A DNA stretch of 64,000 nt from Saccostrea cucullata (taxonomy: Eukaryota), in assembly GCF_032062105.1 (NCBI RefSeq), contig NW_026937656.1, forward strand, positions 1 to 64,000. Reading direction: 5' to 3'. A program made the position numbers and the translations under genes. The notes beneath the pieces were generated by a model. It was not told where the DNA came from, did no database searches, and worked only from the letters and a program-made list of their open reading frames with translations. How positions within the stretch are numbered: the first letter of the stretch is position 1; each line of letters opens with the position of its first letter. Of this stretch, positions 34,850 through 47,919 are shown one piece after another.

Positions 34850-35140
34850 TTATCCCCCTTCCCTTATTCTGTTTGCTTTTCCGTCTTTTAATTGTTGATT
34901 TTGTTTTCTTTCCTTTCCAATATTTTCATTCATGAACGTTCCCAACATTTCCTAAAACTCCAAAAAGATGATTAAACTGTTCTACTGTAACACCTGTGTA
35001 GAATTTGAAAAGTTTGCTTCGAGTAGCTAATGTCTCATATGCAATTTTTTTTTTACTGACCACTTTTATTTGACTCTTGCTTTTAGTTTGTGCTTCATTT
35101 TTCCATAGTCTGCGTTCTATTTTATTTGCAATCACATCAA
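34850..35140 (-). pseudogene. PIF/Harbinger-like (ISL2EU-type) transposase N-terminal HTH fragment
   Basis: KLFKFYTGVTVEQFNHLFGVLG...*KYWKGKK matches the FYTG...F..L...YW.G pattern that precedes DDE_Tnp_4 domains. Confidence 0.55.
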
Positions 35141-35578
35141 CACACTGAAATGTTGTTTGTGTATCACTGTCGCGTGTTGTTCTTCAGTTAATCTCTGTTG
35201 AGATTCTGCTGGGCTAGATATTTGGACTGACGCCCGCATAATCTCTGGACAGTCCTATATAATTCATGTCTGGAGATCAAGTCCCAACTTCGGCCGACTA
35301 TAGCAAGAATAATTCACCTAAGCCACACAGCTGCTCGCTTCAATTAAGTCATTTGGTTGTTTATTTGACCCTCTGTCACTTTTATTTCTACATTGCTTAC
35401 CTTTTAGGCATGTAAATCCCAACATAAAAATATTCACTGAAATTTCAGTTTTTAAATATGGCTCCTGTAACGAAATTGTTTACCTCCTCAAATAAAAGAG
35501 TTCTTATAGTCTGTTTTTACCCTAGGTGAATCTAAACCAATGTCTTCTGTGGCTATTGAACATCAATTAGGGTAAAAA

Positions 35579-36680
35579 CAAAGTTTTCGCCAAAGGTTTT
35601 CAAAGTGTCAAAGTTTTTCAAAGTGTTAAAGTTTTCGCCAAAGTTTTTCAAAGTGTCAAAGTTTTCGCCAAAGTTTTTCAAAGTATCAAACTTTTCGATC
35701 AAGTTTTTCAAAGCATCCCAAGTTTTCGATAAAGTTTTGTAAATTTTCAAAGTTGGCGATAAAGTTTTTTAAAGTCTCAAAGTTGGCGATAAAGTTTTTC
35801 TATGTGTTAAAGTATCCAAGTTTTCGACAAAGTTTTTCAAAGTGTTAAATTTTTTGATAAAATTTTTCAAAGTATCCAAGTTTTTGATTAAGTTTTACAA
35901 AGTATCAAAGACTTCGATAATGTTTTTCAAAGTGTCAAAGTTTTCAATGAAGTTTTTTTCAAAGAATCAAAGTTTTCAATAAAGTTTTTTAAAGTGTCAA
36001 AGTTTTCAAAAAACTTTTTCAAAGTTTTAAAGCATCCAAGTTTTCGATAAAGTTTTTCGAAGCATCCAAGTTTTTGATTAAGGTTTTCGAAGTATCAAAG
36101 TTTTCGATAAAGTTTTTCAAAGTTTTCCATAAAGTTTTTTGAAGTATCAAAGTTTTCGCCAAAGATTTTCAAAAAAGTGTCAAAGTTTTCACCAAAGTTT
36201 TTCAGAGTGTCAAAGTTTTCGTCAAAGTTTTTCAAAGTGTCAAAGTTTTCGCCAAAGTTTTTCAAAGTGTCAAAGTTTCCGCCAAAGATTTTATAAGTGT
36301 CAAAGTTTTCACCAAAGTTTTTCAAAGTGTCAAAGTTTTCGTCAAAGTTTTTTGAAGTATCAAAGTTTTTGATAAAGTTTTTCAAAGTGTCAAAGTTTTC
36401 GCCAAAGATTTTCAGAGTGTCAAAGTTTTCACCAAAGTTTTTCAAAGTGTCAAAGTTTTCGTCAAAGTTTTTCAAAGTGTCAAAGTTTTCATCAAAGTTT
36501 TTCAAAGTGTCAAAGTTTTCGCCAAAGTTTTTCAAAGTGTCAAAGTTTTCGTCAAAGTTTTTCAAAGTGTCAAAGTTTTCGTCAAAGTTTTTCAAAGTGT
36601 CAAAGTTATCACTATAGTAAATCAAAGTTTTCAAAGTTATCACGATAGTTAACTATAGTAAACTATAGTTAACTATAGTA
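35579..36680. repeat. 30-bp minisatellite (CAAAGTTTTCGCCAAAGTTTTTCAAAGTGT) ending in ACTATAGT repeats
   Basis: Directly visible. Homogeneous at 36180-36600 and degenerate to the left. Confidence 0.95.
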
Positions 36681-36691
36681 TTTTTTTGTTA

Positions 36692-37925
36692 GGGTAAGTA
36701 AGGAAAGTTGACGATAGAAAAGTTAAAGTCATCACGTTTATCATATAGCTTGGTTGTTAGATTATCATTAGTGTCTTTTTCAAGTAAGATATCCAAGTAT
36801 GAAGCAGAAGTGTCGGACTCTGTGGTATCTTTTATCTCAAGCTCACCAGGATATATCGTGTCGACGTAGGAATGGAAATTATCATTATTAATTGACAAAA
36901 CGTCGTCGATATATCTAAATGTCGAGTTGAAGGCCACAGCAAGTGTTTCGTTCTTTTCACGCATGAGATTTTGCATAAATTCTGCTTCATATGAATATAA
37001 AAATAAGTCTGCTAATAACGGAGCGCAATTTGTACCCATGGGAATTTCAATAGATTGTTGGAATACCTGGTCTCCAAAAACCACATAGATATTGTCAATC
37101 AGAAACTCAAGCATCTTCTTGATGTCAACTTCAGAGTACTTATGTGTGCAATCAGAATCTGTTTTAACAAAATAATTTTTCAAATGACCAATGACGAGGT
37201 AAGTAAATTTACGAGTTCCATTTCTGTTGAAAAAGCAGCTGTCAATGATATCAAAAAGCCTGGATTTTAATTTGTCGTGGGGAATGGTTGTGTATAAAGT
37301 TGAAAAGTCGTAAGTTTTTCAGCTGTTGATTTTTGTAAAGTCTTGTGATTTCAAATTGTCCAAAAGTTCTTTAGAATTTTTAAGTATCCACATCTGATTT
37401 ACACCACTTCTTGAATATATAGTTGTACAGAACTCTTGAAGTTTTTCCTTCACTACTGTCAATATTTTAGTGAGAAGTAACGAAAGAGGCTTGGTTGAAC
37501 ATTTACTGGAACCTGCAATGTATCTTTGTTTGTAAGGATTCTTATGAAGTTTTGGAATCCAATATATATAAGGTAGTTCAAATTTATTTGGCTCTGTGGA
37601 ATATTAAAAGTATTCAAAACTGACAGGTGATTTTGAAGAATTTTTTCCTTAGAAAGAGAAGTATGAGTATAAGTATTACCACTTGTAGAATTAAATCCAA
37701 GTTCTTCTAGAATACAATTTATATAATGAGCCTTACAAACGAAGACAATGTTGTTACCTGCTTTGTCGGCAGGAACCAGTACGTACTGATCGTGTAATCT
37801 AATTCTTTTTTCACTTCTGGTTTATTGAACACAGAAGGATAGATGGTTTTCATTTTGCCCCGCAATCTTTTAATACGTGACTTTAACATGGATCTGATAC
37901 ATTTAATCCATTCTGACAAAGTGTA
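36692..37925 (-). mobile_element. Penelope-like retroelement RT fragment
   Basis: YWIPKLHK, YDFSTLYT, IPMGTNCAPLLADLFL, FRYIDD and LYDKRDDFNF motifs. Contains stops and is truncated before the GIY-YIG domain. Confidence 0.92.
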
Positions 37926-38013
37926 TGGATAATTATTATCAATATTTATGGCAATACAACATTCAGTGATAGACTAATAAATTTAGATAATTAAAACAAA
38001 AATAATCTACCAT

Positions 38014-38292
38014 ACCTCTGATGCTTCATCTTCTGGAAAGTGATCATTTAAAAGTCGCTTGAAGTGCTTCACACAGTAGGAGTTGCTGTGCCAACTTGCA
38101 TAGTCTTCATACATGTTCTGAATCGAGTAGCATGTTGGAAGCATCACATTACCGTTGTTTGGCTGGACCTCCCCATGGGCTCTTGCTGAGCTCCTGATGA
38201 AGTTGACAACATCAGCTGTCCGGGGCCTGTCATATCTGTGGGATGTTCTCGCATCTTTGTCATGACTTGTCTTTCCCTTCAGCACATAGTAT
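38014..38292 (-). pseudogene. Transposase-associated exon relic (family uncertain)
   Basis: Exon bounded by AG and GT reads ...VVNFIRSSARAHGEVQPNNGNVMLPTCYSIQNMYEDY...FKRLLNDHFP, resembling the F...G..P....LP...Y..Y...F.R...FP region of spliced invertebrate DNA-transposon proteins. Confidence 0.4.
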
Positions 38293-39365
38293 CTAAAACA
38301 GAAACATAGGACTGTAATTCCAAGTGATTTTGTGCTTAAAATTAACGTTCTTTTAATTTCTTTGTTTATTTCACTTAAAACCAGCAGGGGATGCTAACTT
38401 GGATACAGACCAATCTTGTTTTCTTTTCTCGATTTCTTAAAAAAAGGCAGCTATATATTCCACCGATTATGAATTCAACATCCTTTGATTACATAAAATT
38501 TGTAACTAATCGTGATAGCTATCAATAACACCCCTGACATTCCTTGGGATGTTCCCAGATGGTGCAAGAGAAAAAGAAAGAATGAAATGGTCAGTGGATA
38601 TACTTTCCACCTAATCCTCCGCCTTCCCTTCCCTCCTGGCACTGCCCTCCTACACGCTTTCCAAGAAGTGGATTCACTTCACGCATACCAGTGGATATTA
38701 ATGGTGATATTTCCTGATACAGCTCTCCCTACTGGAGGCCACGCCCCCGCATACTTAGGGACATCCATGAGGGCCATGCTACCAGATGAAGCACTCCTTA
38801 GATTATCCTTCGTTGATTTCTTCTTTCCAATGATAACCTGTAGACAAAGAAAATAATTTCGTAAGATAAGTAGATTTTCTTCAATTATTTATTATTTTTT
38901 TTTTGGCAAAAATTACACATAAATATAACTATAAATCTGACTATAATTTTATTCGAAGAATCAATTGTATAGCAAATGAATTACGGGGGAATGACGTCCT
39001 CTGTATCTGAAATATCCAAGTCTTCTTCGATTGTGGCGACTGCAGCTAGCTCTTGTCTTTTGTTATTGATAAGCTCTGTGGAGATATCTTCTTCCTCGGA
39101 TTTATAATCGTCAATGTCTATCACATATCCAAAATTAAGTTTAAATTTCGGTAAAAATATCGTAACGAAATTAAATGGATGACTCGCAACTAGTATTAAT
39201 GATATAAAGTGTTTAAGTAAATTTCAGTTCTTTTTGAAATCTGCAAATAATCTGTCCGTGAAATTTAGAGCAAACTCGGTAAGTAATGAAGTTAATTAAT
39301 TTTTAGCGATATGCTATGATCACTTATGATCCATGCAATTCTTTTTCGAGAAATGGTTTGATTTA

Positions 39366-39748
39366 GGGAATAACTATCTTCTAATTTGGTATTAGCAACC
39401 GTTAATGCTGATTTAACGGTCGCAAACTGAGTTTTACCGGCGACGCGTAAGCGGAGCCGGTAAAACGGATGTGTGCGACCGTTAAATCAGCATTAACGGT
39501 CGCAAATACCAGATTAGAAGATAAGTTATTCCCATTCTAATGCAATCCATGCATTTTGTTTGTTGTTTACGTCTTATTTTGATGAATTTTGTAACATGAA
39601 ATACGTCATGCAGCATTGTGTTTTTGCGTCGCTCTTTTATGACGTTACAATGAAAAAGCTTTCACGCTCGTTAATGCTTGTTTTACTGCTTCAAACATCA
39701 GTGCATTAGCCAATGAAAAAGTGTTTTACAAAACAATTGCATTAGAAT
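39366..39748. mobile_element. Palindromic non-autonomous element (168-bp hairpin plus adjacent IR-bounded module)
   Basis: Near-perfect palindrome at 39366-39533 centred on GCGACGCGTAAGCGGAGC, followed by ATTCTAATGCAAT...ATTGCATTAGAAT. Confidence 0.75.
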
Positions 39749-40172
39749 TCATTTTTTTATTCAAGATATAAAAACTTATTAAACATTCATTGCAATCTGC
39801 GTTGGGAACGCTTTTACGGCTGAGAATCCCGTCTTGAAATTTGTACATAAATGAAGCGACATTAAGATTTGCAGTGGAATACGTTTTCAATATTAGACTT
39901 TCATGATGCTCAGGGATATCTAAACTTTTACTATATATACATACATGTATCGGTAAATAAAAAAAAAAAACAAACAAACATGCTTGTGTATTATACCTTA
40001 GACATTACATGTATAACGGCAAATATGTAAGTGACATGAAAAAACATGTCCATGCTTGTTTTTGTGGAATGACTGTGTATATATAACAACCATGGTAACA
40101 GAAAGGGAAATAAATCCCTTCCATATATTAAAAGAAGCGATTTATTTTACACCGAGCTTATGAACGACTTAA

Positions 40173-41286
40173 GGACGCGATTGCACTGCGTCACGTGATC
40201 ACGTCATTTGGTGAATAAAAAAAGAATGTTTGCTGTAACTATTTCCGGAATAAGGGGAGTCATATGTTTGCGCTCATGACAAAAGTTTTTTTTTTTCCTA
40301 AACTAAAAGTATTAAAGATTGTTACAATGCACTGAGAGTGTTGGTGAAAGTTGATCAAATTTTTTATCTACATGCATGTTTTACGATTTGACACGTCTAT
40401 CTATTGTATATCTCTGAACTTTGAATTCTATTTCATTAAAAATCAATTTGATTTATATCTTGAGGTTTGTATCTTCATTTAAAAATAAGAATTTTATTTA
40501 AAATTGTTGTTTATCATAGGATCTACATATATATATAGATAATTTCCGATAAGAGATTCAGACGGCGTGATTTACTAGATACATGTATAAATATTGATGA
40601 ACGAAGGCGATTTTGATAAACGTGTTACGGTGAAGGCCACTTATGCCTAGAAGACATATCTTTAAAAGATATCGTAGAGGATTTTCTTTTCTCCTATAAG
40701 ATCTTTAGCATTTTCAGCAGTGACATTGACCGTGTAAACATTCAATCATCGTCGCACATATATTGTAAACGATTTTTGTAAAATGTTTTATGCGTCGTAT
40801 TGAAACACAACACACTTCTTCTGAAAGAATACCGGGGAAGATATGTACATAAATAAATAAAAGAAACGTGCACTCATCATGCTTATGGGAATACATTTGA
40901 AAAATGTTTGTTTTTTTTTAAATCACAAGGACATTAACATAGAGGTTTCACTCCAGCGTATATTATAAAGCGACGGAAAGTTATTTCAATCAATGATTTT
41001 TTTTTTTAAATCAAAACAGTAGATCTATAGTTTTAACGTCAATTGTGTCATTGTGACGTCACAATGGAGATAGCGCTAATCCATATACAAGAGAAAATGA
41101 AGTGTACTTATATACTTGAAAAGAATCGGAAGATAAACTATTTGTAAATGTGAATATTTAGAATTATAATAATTTAGCCAATATGATAATTTATGGATGA
41201 ATATATTTATTTAAAAATATATATATAATGCAGCTACAAGTACAATGTAAAATAACCTCTTTCATTCAATGTGTTCAAATGTCTGA

Positions 41287-41318
<32 letters not shown>

Positions 41319-42191
41319 CTCGATTCAAGGTCACTGAGAAGAAACATCGCGGAGCGTTCAAAGCAGGGGAATAAGGCTTTTGAGGACTGTGCACTGGTTT
41401 TTAATATATTATTTATATTATACTGATATAGTAACAAAATGAATGTTTTGAAGATGAAAAACTGAGTTTGAAAAAAAATTTAAAGTTATTTTCGTAACCA
41501 CTGTCGGTAATACGTAAATCATTGTGCTTCTCATATAAAATGTATCTTTTGTTTTTTATCTATACATATGGTCTTCATTGTCTTTAAACAGATTCTGCAT
41601 ATTTAAGGTCAAACAAAAAACCATCAAATGAAAATCGTTGAAATCTTTTTATATTCTAGGAAAGGGGGGGGGGGGTACAGAAATGTCTGTAGCTTCAAAA
41701 TTATTCTGATTACCTTACGTCATATTTTAACCACAAGTCACTCATAATGACTAGTACAGCATATATTAGTTTTGGGAAAATTCATTGGGAAATTTTTTGT
41801 CTAGACGTTAAAAACTGCTATTGAGGTGAAAATATTACTGTAAATTTACAATTAATACTTCCCCAAAAAACAATGGCATTACTACATTTATCAATAGTTT
41901 CCGAAACAATTTTTATTTTCAATAAATATAAAGTATATTTTTAAATACCTGCAGGAAAATATTTAATTTGCTTCAATTTTGTTGCGTGTATGGCAGTATA
42001 AAACATTCACCTCATAAATATCAAAAGATTAAAAAATGATGGTTGCCATGGCAACCATAACTTCCTTATAAGCCTGATGATCATGCTTGATACTTTGATA
42101 TAATGGTATCATTGACATTGGGAACATTATTTGTAAAAATGAGAAAAAATCATTGGGCAGAATTTTTTCACGGACCCGTGCAATCCTTTCC
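40173..42191. mobile_element. Non-autonomous Kolobok-like element
   Basis: TTAA flanks (40169-40172, 42192-42195); TIRs GGACGCGATTGCAC and GGAAAGGATTGCAC match at 11/14; no coding capacity. Confidence 0.65.
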
Positions 42192-43390
42192 TTAATTGTT
42201 TACACGTAAAACGTTAGACATGACGTCATAGTGCATTTTGTTTGCTTTACTCGAAAAAAATTCCAATATTCAACAGCAAATATTTTTGTAACGGATGCTC
42301 GTACATTTCAATGTCCAGTAGAAAAATACCAGCTTTTAGGATATGGCATTCATTTTTCTTTTATCGTGTGCTGTAAGATAAATACAGCCTACAGAAGATA
42401 GATACAGCCTACAGAAGATAGCACAAAATCACTCATTTATGCGCAATTTTACTAACTCCCCGCAATTATATTCAATGTTCATTTCAATTTTACAATAATT
42501 TCTTAACATCGCAGAGAAAAACTGATAGTAAAAAAAATTTTGTGTTTCTTCTCTAGTTTCAGAAATTGACAAAAATATCTCTTTTGTTGTATCCCATTTA
42601 TTTACAAAACACCAACAGTTAAATCACGGAGATGCTAAAAATGCGTCAAAAGGCGCACTTGGCCGTTAAGGGGTTAGAAGATCACAGAGAACTAGAACTG
42701 TTGCCATAAAATTCTTCTCCAATAGCTGCTCCCTCACACCATATATACTTCAGGGTCATATTTCTGATCAAGAACCGCATCTAGGGTATCTATAATCTAA
42801 AAGTCAAGGCCAGACACCAGGTGAAGTCAACATTACACAAAAAATAGAAAAAAAAGTTTACTTAGATTAAAATTCATTTCATATATAATAGTATATGATA
42901 CTGTATTGTAATGTTAACGCTTGATGAGTTTCACTAAGTTAATTAATACAAGCTCATTCACTCATTGCCAATCATTATCAAAGTACTCAGAAGTACAGAG
43001 AGCCGGGTTCATTTACAGAGTAGAGTTTAACAGATAAAAAAAAAGAATAACAGATTTAAAATTCTGATGAAAAAATCATTTTAAATCTATCAATATAAAT
43101 GGTAAGACACTAACAGTACTATCATTCCAATAACAGCTTGTCACTGTGCTTAAATGTCATGAGCGTGCTAAAGTGTCACATGTTGATCATCATATTACTC
43201 ATCGATTGCATGTTTGATTTCAATGAAAGCAAAACTACTTTGCATACGAAACACAGAACTCAGCAATACCACTTACAATACTGACCAATCATATTAAATG
43301 ATTGTTCACGAGAATGCAGTGAACAGTTAACACATGTGGACCGCGAAGCAAGTTTTACTCCTTATAATTACAGAACTGATCGCTAAATGC

Positions 43391-43397
<7 letters not shown>

Positions 43398-43462
<65 letters not shown>
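43398..43462. repeat. (TA)n microsatellite
   Basis: Directly visible. Confidence 0.98.
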
Positions 43463-43465
<3 letters not shown>

Positions 43466-44865
43466 TTTCAAAGTATGCCTTGTTTATTTGATGTTCTAAA
43501 TGTTATGATACGCTTCACAATTAACTCCATTAGATCAAATCACAACAACACAACAAATATGACACATGCTTTTTTGGGGACTGTAAACGGGCTTTGACTG
43601 ACCACGTGTTGCCGGTAACTACAATTGACGATCATTCAATACGATTGGTCAGCGTTATCGGGATAGTGTTGAATTCTGTATTTCATATGCAAAGTCGTTT
43701 TTTCCATTCAAATAAAACATCCAATCGATGAATAATATGGTAATCGGTCGATCCAGCAAAGTGACACGCTGTTATTGGAATGATAGTAAGTTTCGATTCT
43801 AATACCACGGTCCGATTTTGTCATAATCATAATTGATCTGGTACCGCAACTGAAAATAAACAAACAGGCCAGTCTGGTTCCCTCTCCTGCTTTTCTTCGT
43901 ATGTGTAGAGAACTAAGATACATGTAACACTGATTATCAAAAATCCCTACACTAATGAACTATGTTCGTTGACTTAAGACTGAAGTTTTCAAAGGTACTT
44001 AAAATGTTTATTTATTTAGATAAAACTTCGTTTTATATTTGTTGCTTTATTTAACGTTTGTATTATCTCAAAAGAGGTTGTGAGTAAGAACTATATTTTT
44101 ACACCTAACTTTAAAATGGCGACTATGGGGTTGACATCCTTTCTTGAACAGGATCACATAAGCCGGCAATTGCTCTTTGAGCAATACGCCCGGCTAAAAA
44201 TTTTATATTATTTTTTTATTAAGATTAACTGGCTTCGATCAACAAGTCTGATGCAAGCCCTGCCATGGAGAGCAAGCGAGTTGCAGCAGCTCGAATAAGT
44301 GTCAACTTTTTCATTCCATATGATTCCTTAACCTGTTTGAAAAGAGAAAACTTCTTTGGCGAGTAACGGAAGATTTTCCACATACCGATGAGCACGCTTT
44401 ATACCCTGTCAATAACAGGACATGTATTGATCAGATGTTTTACACACAAAGCTAGATTGTGATTTCGACAGTTAATATAGATTTGATGGGGAACCAAATG
44501 TTTTATCTTCTTTGAAAACCTACAAAAGATTACAAAGAGTAAAATGAAAGTTTCGAATGTAATTTAGAACAAATCAATGTATTGTCTTATAATTGAGGAA
44601 TAATAAAACTTTCCAAATTGAAATTGTTGTGAACAGACAGTTCTACTTCCTGAAAATTACTTTTGTTCTGTCCACTCATCGTATTGCAACCATCAAATCC
44701 AACAAACATGGCGTTTTCATTTTTGATGCCTTTCGCCAGAAGGTATCTCGAGATTTCTTTCATAAGACTTTCAGCTTCGTCCGCTGAACTTCTATAAGTC
44801 GTAAGTAACTGTCGCCAACTTTTTCCATTGCGCCGAAACCTTGTCCATATGGCAAACTTTTAATT

Positions 44866-45022
44866 CCAACAGTTTGTCTGCTTGATGTCCAGGAGTAAAG
44901 AAGAAAATGTTTAAAGATTTACTCAGTGGTTTCAGAGAAGAAGCTGAAAATGTTCAAATGTTAATACACGACGGACGAAAACAGATAGCAATAGGTCACC
45001 TGAGTTACTCAGGTGACCTAAA
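44866..45022 (+). mobile_element. Internally deleted HINE 3' fragment
   Basis: Homologous to 2310-2617; ends in the GGTCACCTGAG-TTA-CTCAGGTGACC hairpin. Confidence 0.8.
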
Positions 45023-45351
45023 AATTCCAAGATAAATTCCTGTACGAGTTATGAAACGCTGAGTTAATTCAATAATATATTCTACTTTAATAATGGTGCC
45101 TTTAACAAAAACTCTTATCTCCTTTCTTCTTTGCTCCCACTTCTGAAACTTTTACTGGTTGTGGATCTCTCCACCTATTGACATTTTCTCTGTGTATGAT
45201 GGTTCTTTCCGTTTCCAAAAGTTATGTATAAAATTAATTATATATATATTGAAAATGTTAACAAAGGAAAAATTAAAAAGTGTTTTAACTTCATAATCAT
45301 CTTAATCTACAGAACCAAGCTAATACTTCTTTTCTTATTATTTATGATTTT

Positions 45352-45900
45352 TAGGTCACCTGAGTTACTCAGGTGACCTATTGCTATCCGTTTTTGTCGT
45401 GTGTTAATATTTGAACATTTTCAGCTTCTTCTCAGAAACAACTGAACCAAATTTGGTATGCAGCATCTATGGGTGAAGGGGAACAAGAATTGTGAATTTC
45501 ATGGTCCTTTGCCCCCTGGGGCCTGAGGGGTGGGGCCAAAACCACTAAAATCATCTTTAAAAATCTTCTTCTTTACTTCAGGACATCAAGCAGGCAAACT
45601 GTTATAATGAATGTAATAAACATTGAGTCCTCTACCAAAATTGTAAAATACTTGGCCCCATGGTCAGGGGTTCTAGTGCTAGGGCGGGACTATATAGATT
45701 ATATTGTGAAAATGCATTATTTCTTTGAAAATCTCTGTTTTGGGGTATTAGATAAACTAACTAAGCACATAGTTATAAAAAGCAAGAGTGCCTTTTCCAA
45801 AATTGTGCATTTTATTGCCCAAGAATCAGGGGTTCAGGTGTTAGGGCTCTTGATTATTCAGTAAAAATACATTTATTTCTTGAAAATATTTTCATTTGCT
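45352..45900 (-). mobile_element. HINE copy of the same family as 1171-2617, reverse orientation, decayed
   Basis: Terminal hairpin at 45355-45379 followed by reverse-complement monomers. Confidence 0.8.
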
Positions 45901-46437
45901 TCTTGGTTTTATGCTAATGATTCAAGTATTTATATTTATGATGAAGAAAGGTGCATCTAGCAAAATGGTCATTTTTTTTATCCCCCCCTCCTGGGTCAGG
46001 GGGATGGGGGGTTACATAGTCTGAAAATAAATTAATGCTTTGAAATCTGCTCTTTGGTATTAATCAAGCATTTTATGATAACATTTGCAAAATTTTGAAA
46101 TATGTGGCCCCAGGGTCAGTCGTTCTTTTGGGGTGAGGTGCACAACTGGTTGGAAAGTGGAAGAACATTTTTTCTTTGTAACTCTGTAACTTTGTATCTA
46201 TGATCTACCTCTGGGTATTGAATAAGTAAAGTTAACAACAGGCCCATGGGCCACATCGTGCACATGAGCACTAAGGCTAAAAAAAGTGAAAATTGGAAAT
46301 ACATTGAATTGTGAGCTTTGTGTTGCTTATATATGAATGACTGACAGTCAAATTTTGGATGATTAAATGTGTCTTAAAGCAATTCCCACTTAAAGTAACA
46401 AGTCTCTCATATTGTTGTAAAGATTATATTTATTTAC

Positions 46438-46904
46438 TTTTATTATACGTCTGTTTATTTTTTCTATATAAAAATAAGACGAATAAACATGCTATTTTTT
46501 CTAAACAGTCTCTACCGTGAAATAGTTTTTGTGCTATTTGCCCATGGTGAATAGTCCTCAAACTATTCAACGGCAGCATTCGATTTCCCTCTCTTTTCAT
46601 CTCTGAAAAACTTCTGATTTTACATGGATTGTGACGCATATTTATTATGACGTAACAAAAGTTAAATCAGAACCAGTATAATATGGAATATCATAATTGT
46701 GTGTACCCTGGACTCCCAAAAGTTAACAAAAGTTAAGTCAGCATCGGTATAATAAAACACCTATTTACTGACTATTCGGACAATAGCAAGTTTATCGTCC
46801 CCCTCGACAGCAAACTATTTCCCTCGGCTGCGCCTCGGGAAATAGTTTGCTGTCTTGGGGGACGATAAACTTGCTATTGTCTTCATAGCCAGTAAATAGG
46901 TGTA
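46438..46904. mobile_element. Palindromic non-autonomous element (IR-bounded module plus ~148-bp hairpin)
   Basis: TTTTATTATAC...GTATAATAAAA module, then a palindrome at 46757-46903 centred on CTCGGCTGCGCCTCGG. Confidence 0.75.
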
Positions 46905-46910
46905 TATTAG

Positions 46911-47106
46911 GTGATTGGCCTTCGAGATCATGAAATGAAGTGGCTTTGTCAGCATTTAGGGCATACGCAAAAAGTCCATGTAATTCATTACAGAGCCACA
47001 TCTGGAATAATAGAAAGAATTGAAATATCAAAACTAATCCTGATGCAAGAGACTAACAGTATATCCAAATTTGCTGGAAAAAATTTAAGGGTCATACAAT
47101 TTGAAG
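46911..47106 (+). pseudogene. Isolated exon encoding a tyrosine-recombinase-like C-terminal box
   Basis: Exon bounded by AG and GT reads VIGLRDHEMKWLCQHLGHTQKVHVIHYRATSGIIERIEISKLIL...FAGKNL, with an LGH-x4-H-x3-Y box-II-like motif. Confidence 0.6.
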
Positions 47107-47919
47107 GTAAATTTTATTTTGTGAAGATGTGATGTAGGAATGATCAAGTGCATTAATATGTTAAATTGTAGTGTTGTAAATGACCAAATGTGTACTAGGT
47201 TAACCATGCAGTTACACACCATGTCTACATGTTGCTGCCATCAATTTTTTCTTGTATGCATTTCTCTTTACTTGCATGTCCTGATGGGCCAAAAATGATA
47301 TTGTGACCACTATTTTTTTTAAATAGACTGAATGAACACTTACTTACCTGCTAAAATAGCAATTTTAAACTGAGAAATGTTTGAATTTAATTTTCAAATG
47401 TAAAATGAATCTTATTAGAAAAGTTTTTAGATATGTTTAAATTGTAAAATTTTAAAAATCAGTTTTTAAATTTGTTCTTTTGATTTTTTAATGAAGTTCT
47501 TAATATACAGAATCAAGCATGGGCATTAGTATGGTTGAGAAAAAAAACTAGAAAAAGGTGTAAAAGTGTCCACTGTTATAGCTGATGATGACACCGCCTG
47601 AAAAAGAGTGTGAATCCAGATATTTAAAAAAGTGTGACAAGATCCACACTAGGAAATTTTTTTCCTCAATTCTATTTGCTTTGCAGAAAAATCTCGTCTT
47701 TGACTTCAAAGGTTATCTTTCAAAATGCTTTAATTATCTTGTAGCACAAATCCAGGGAAACCAAGGAGAAATAGAAAAGGCACTTAATTTCCTTAGTAAA
47801 TGAACGACTAAGATTATCAGTTATAAAGTTTAATATGTATTTACTTGTCATACCTAATGCCTTACTATGTATAAATTGTATATATTTACATGTACTTATA
47901 TTTTTTGTAGAATCACCAT

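Noticed and set aside
35553-36643. ORFs with NFDTLKNFGE or KVSKFS repeats, and a possible CRISPR-like array
   Set aside because: These are translations of a 30-bp minisatellite that is open in several frames on both strands. The repeats are contiguous with no unique spacers, and the context is eukaryotic.
43334-43597. ORF with an IYIYIY run as a membrane protein
   Set aside because: Translation of the (TA)n microsatellite.
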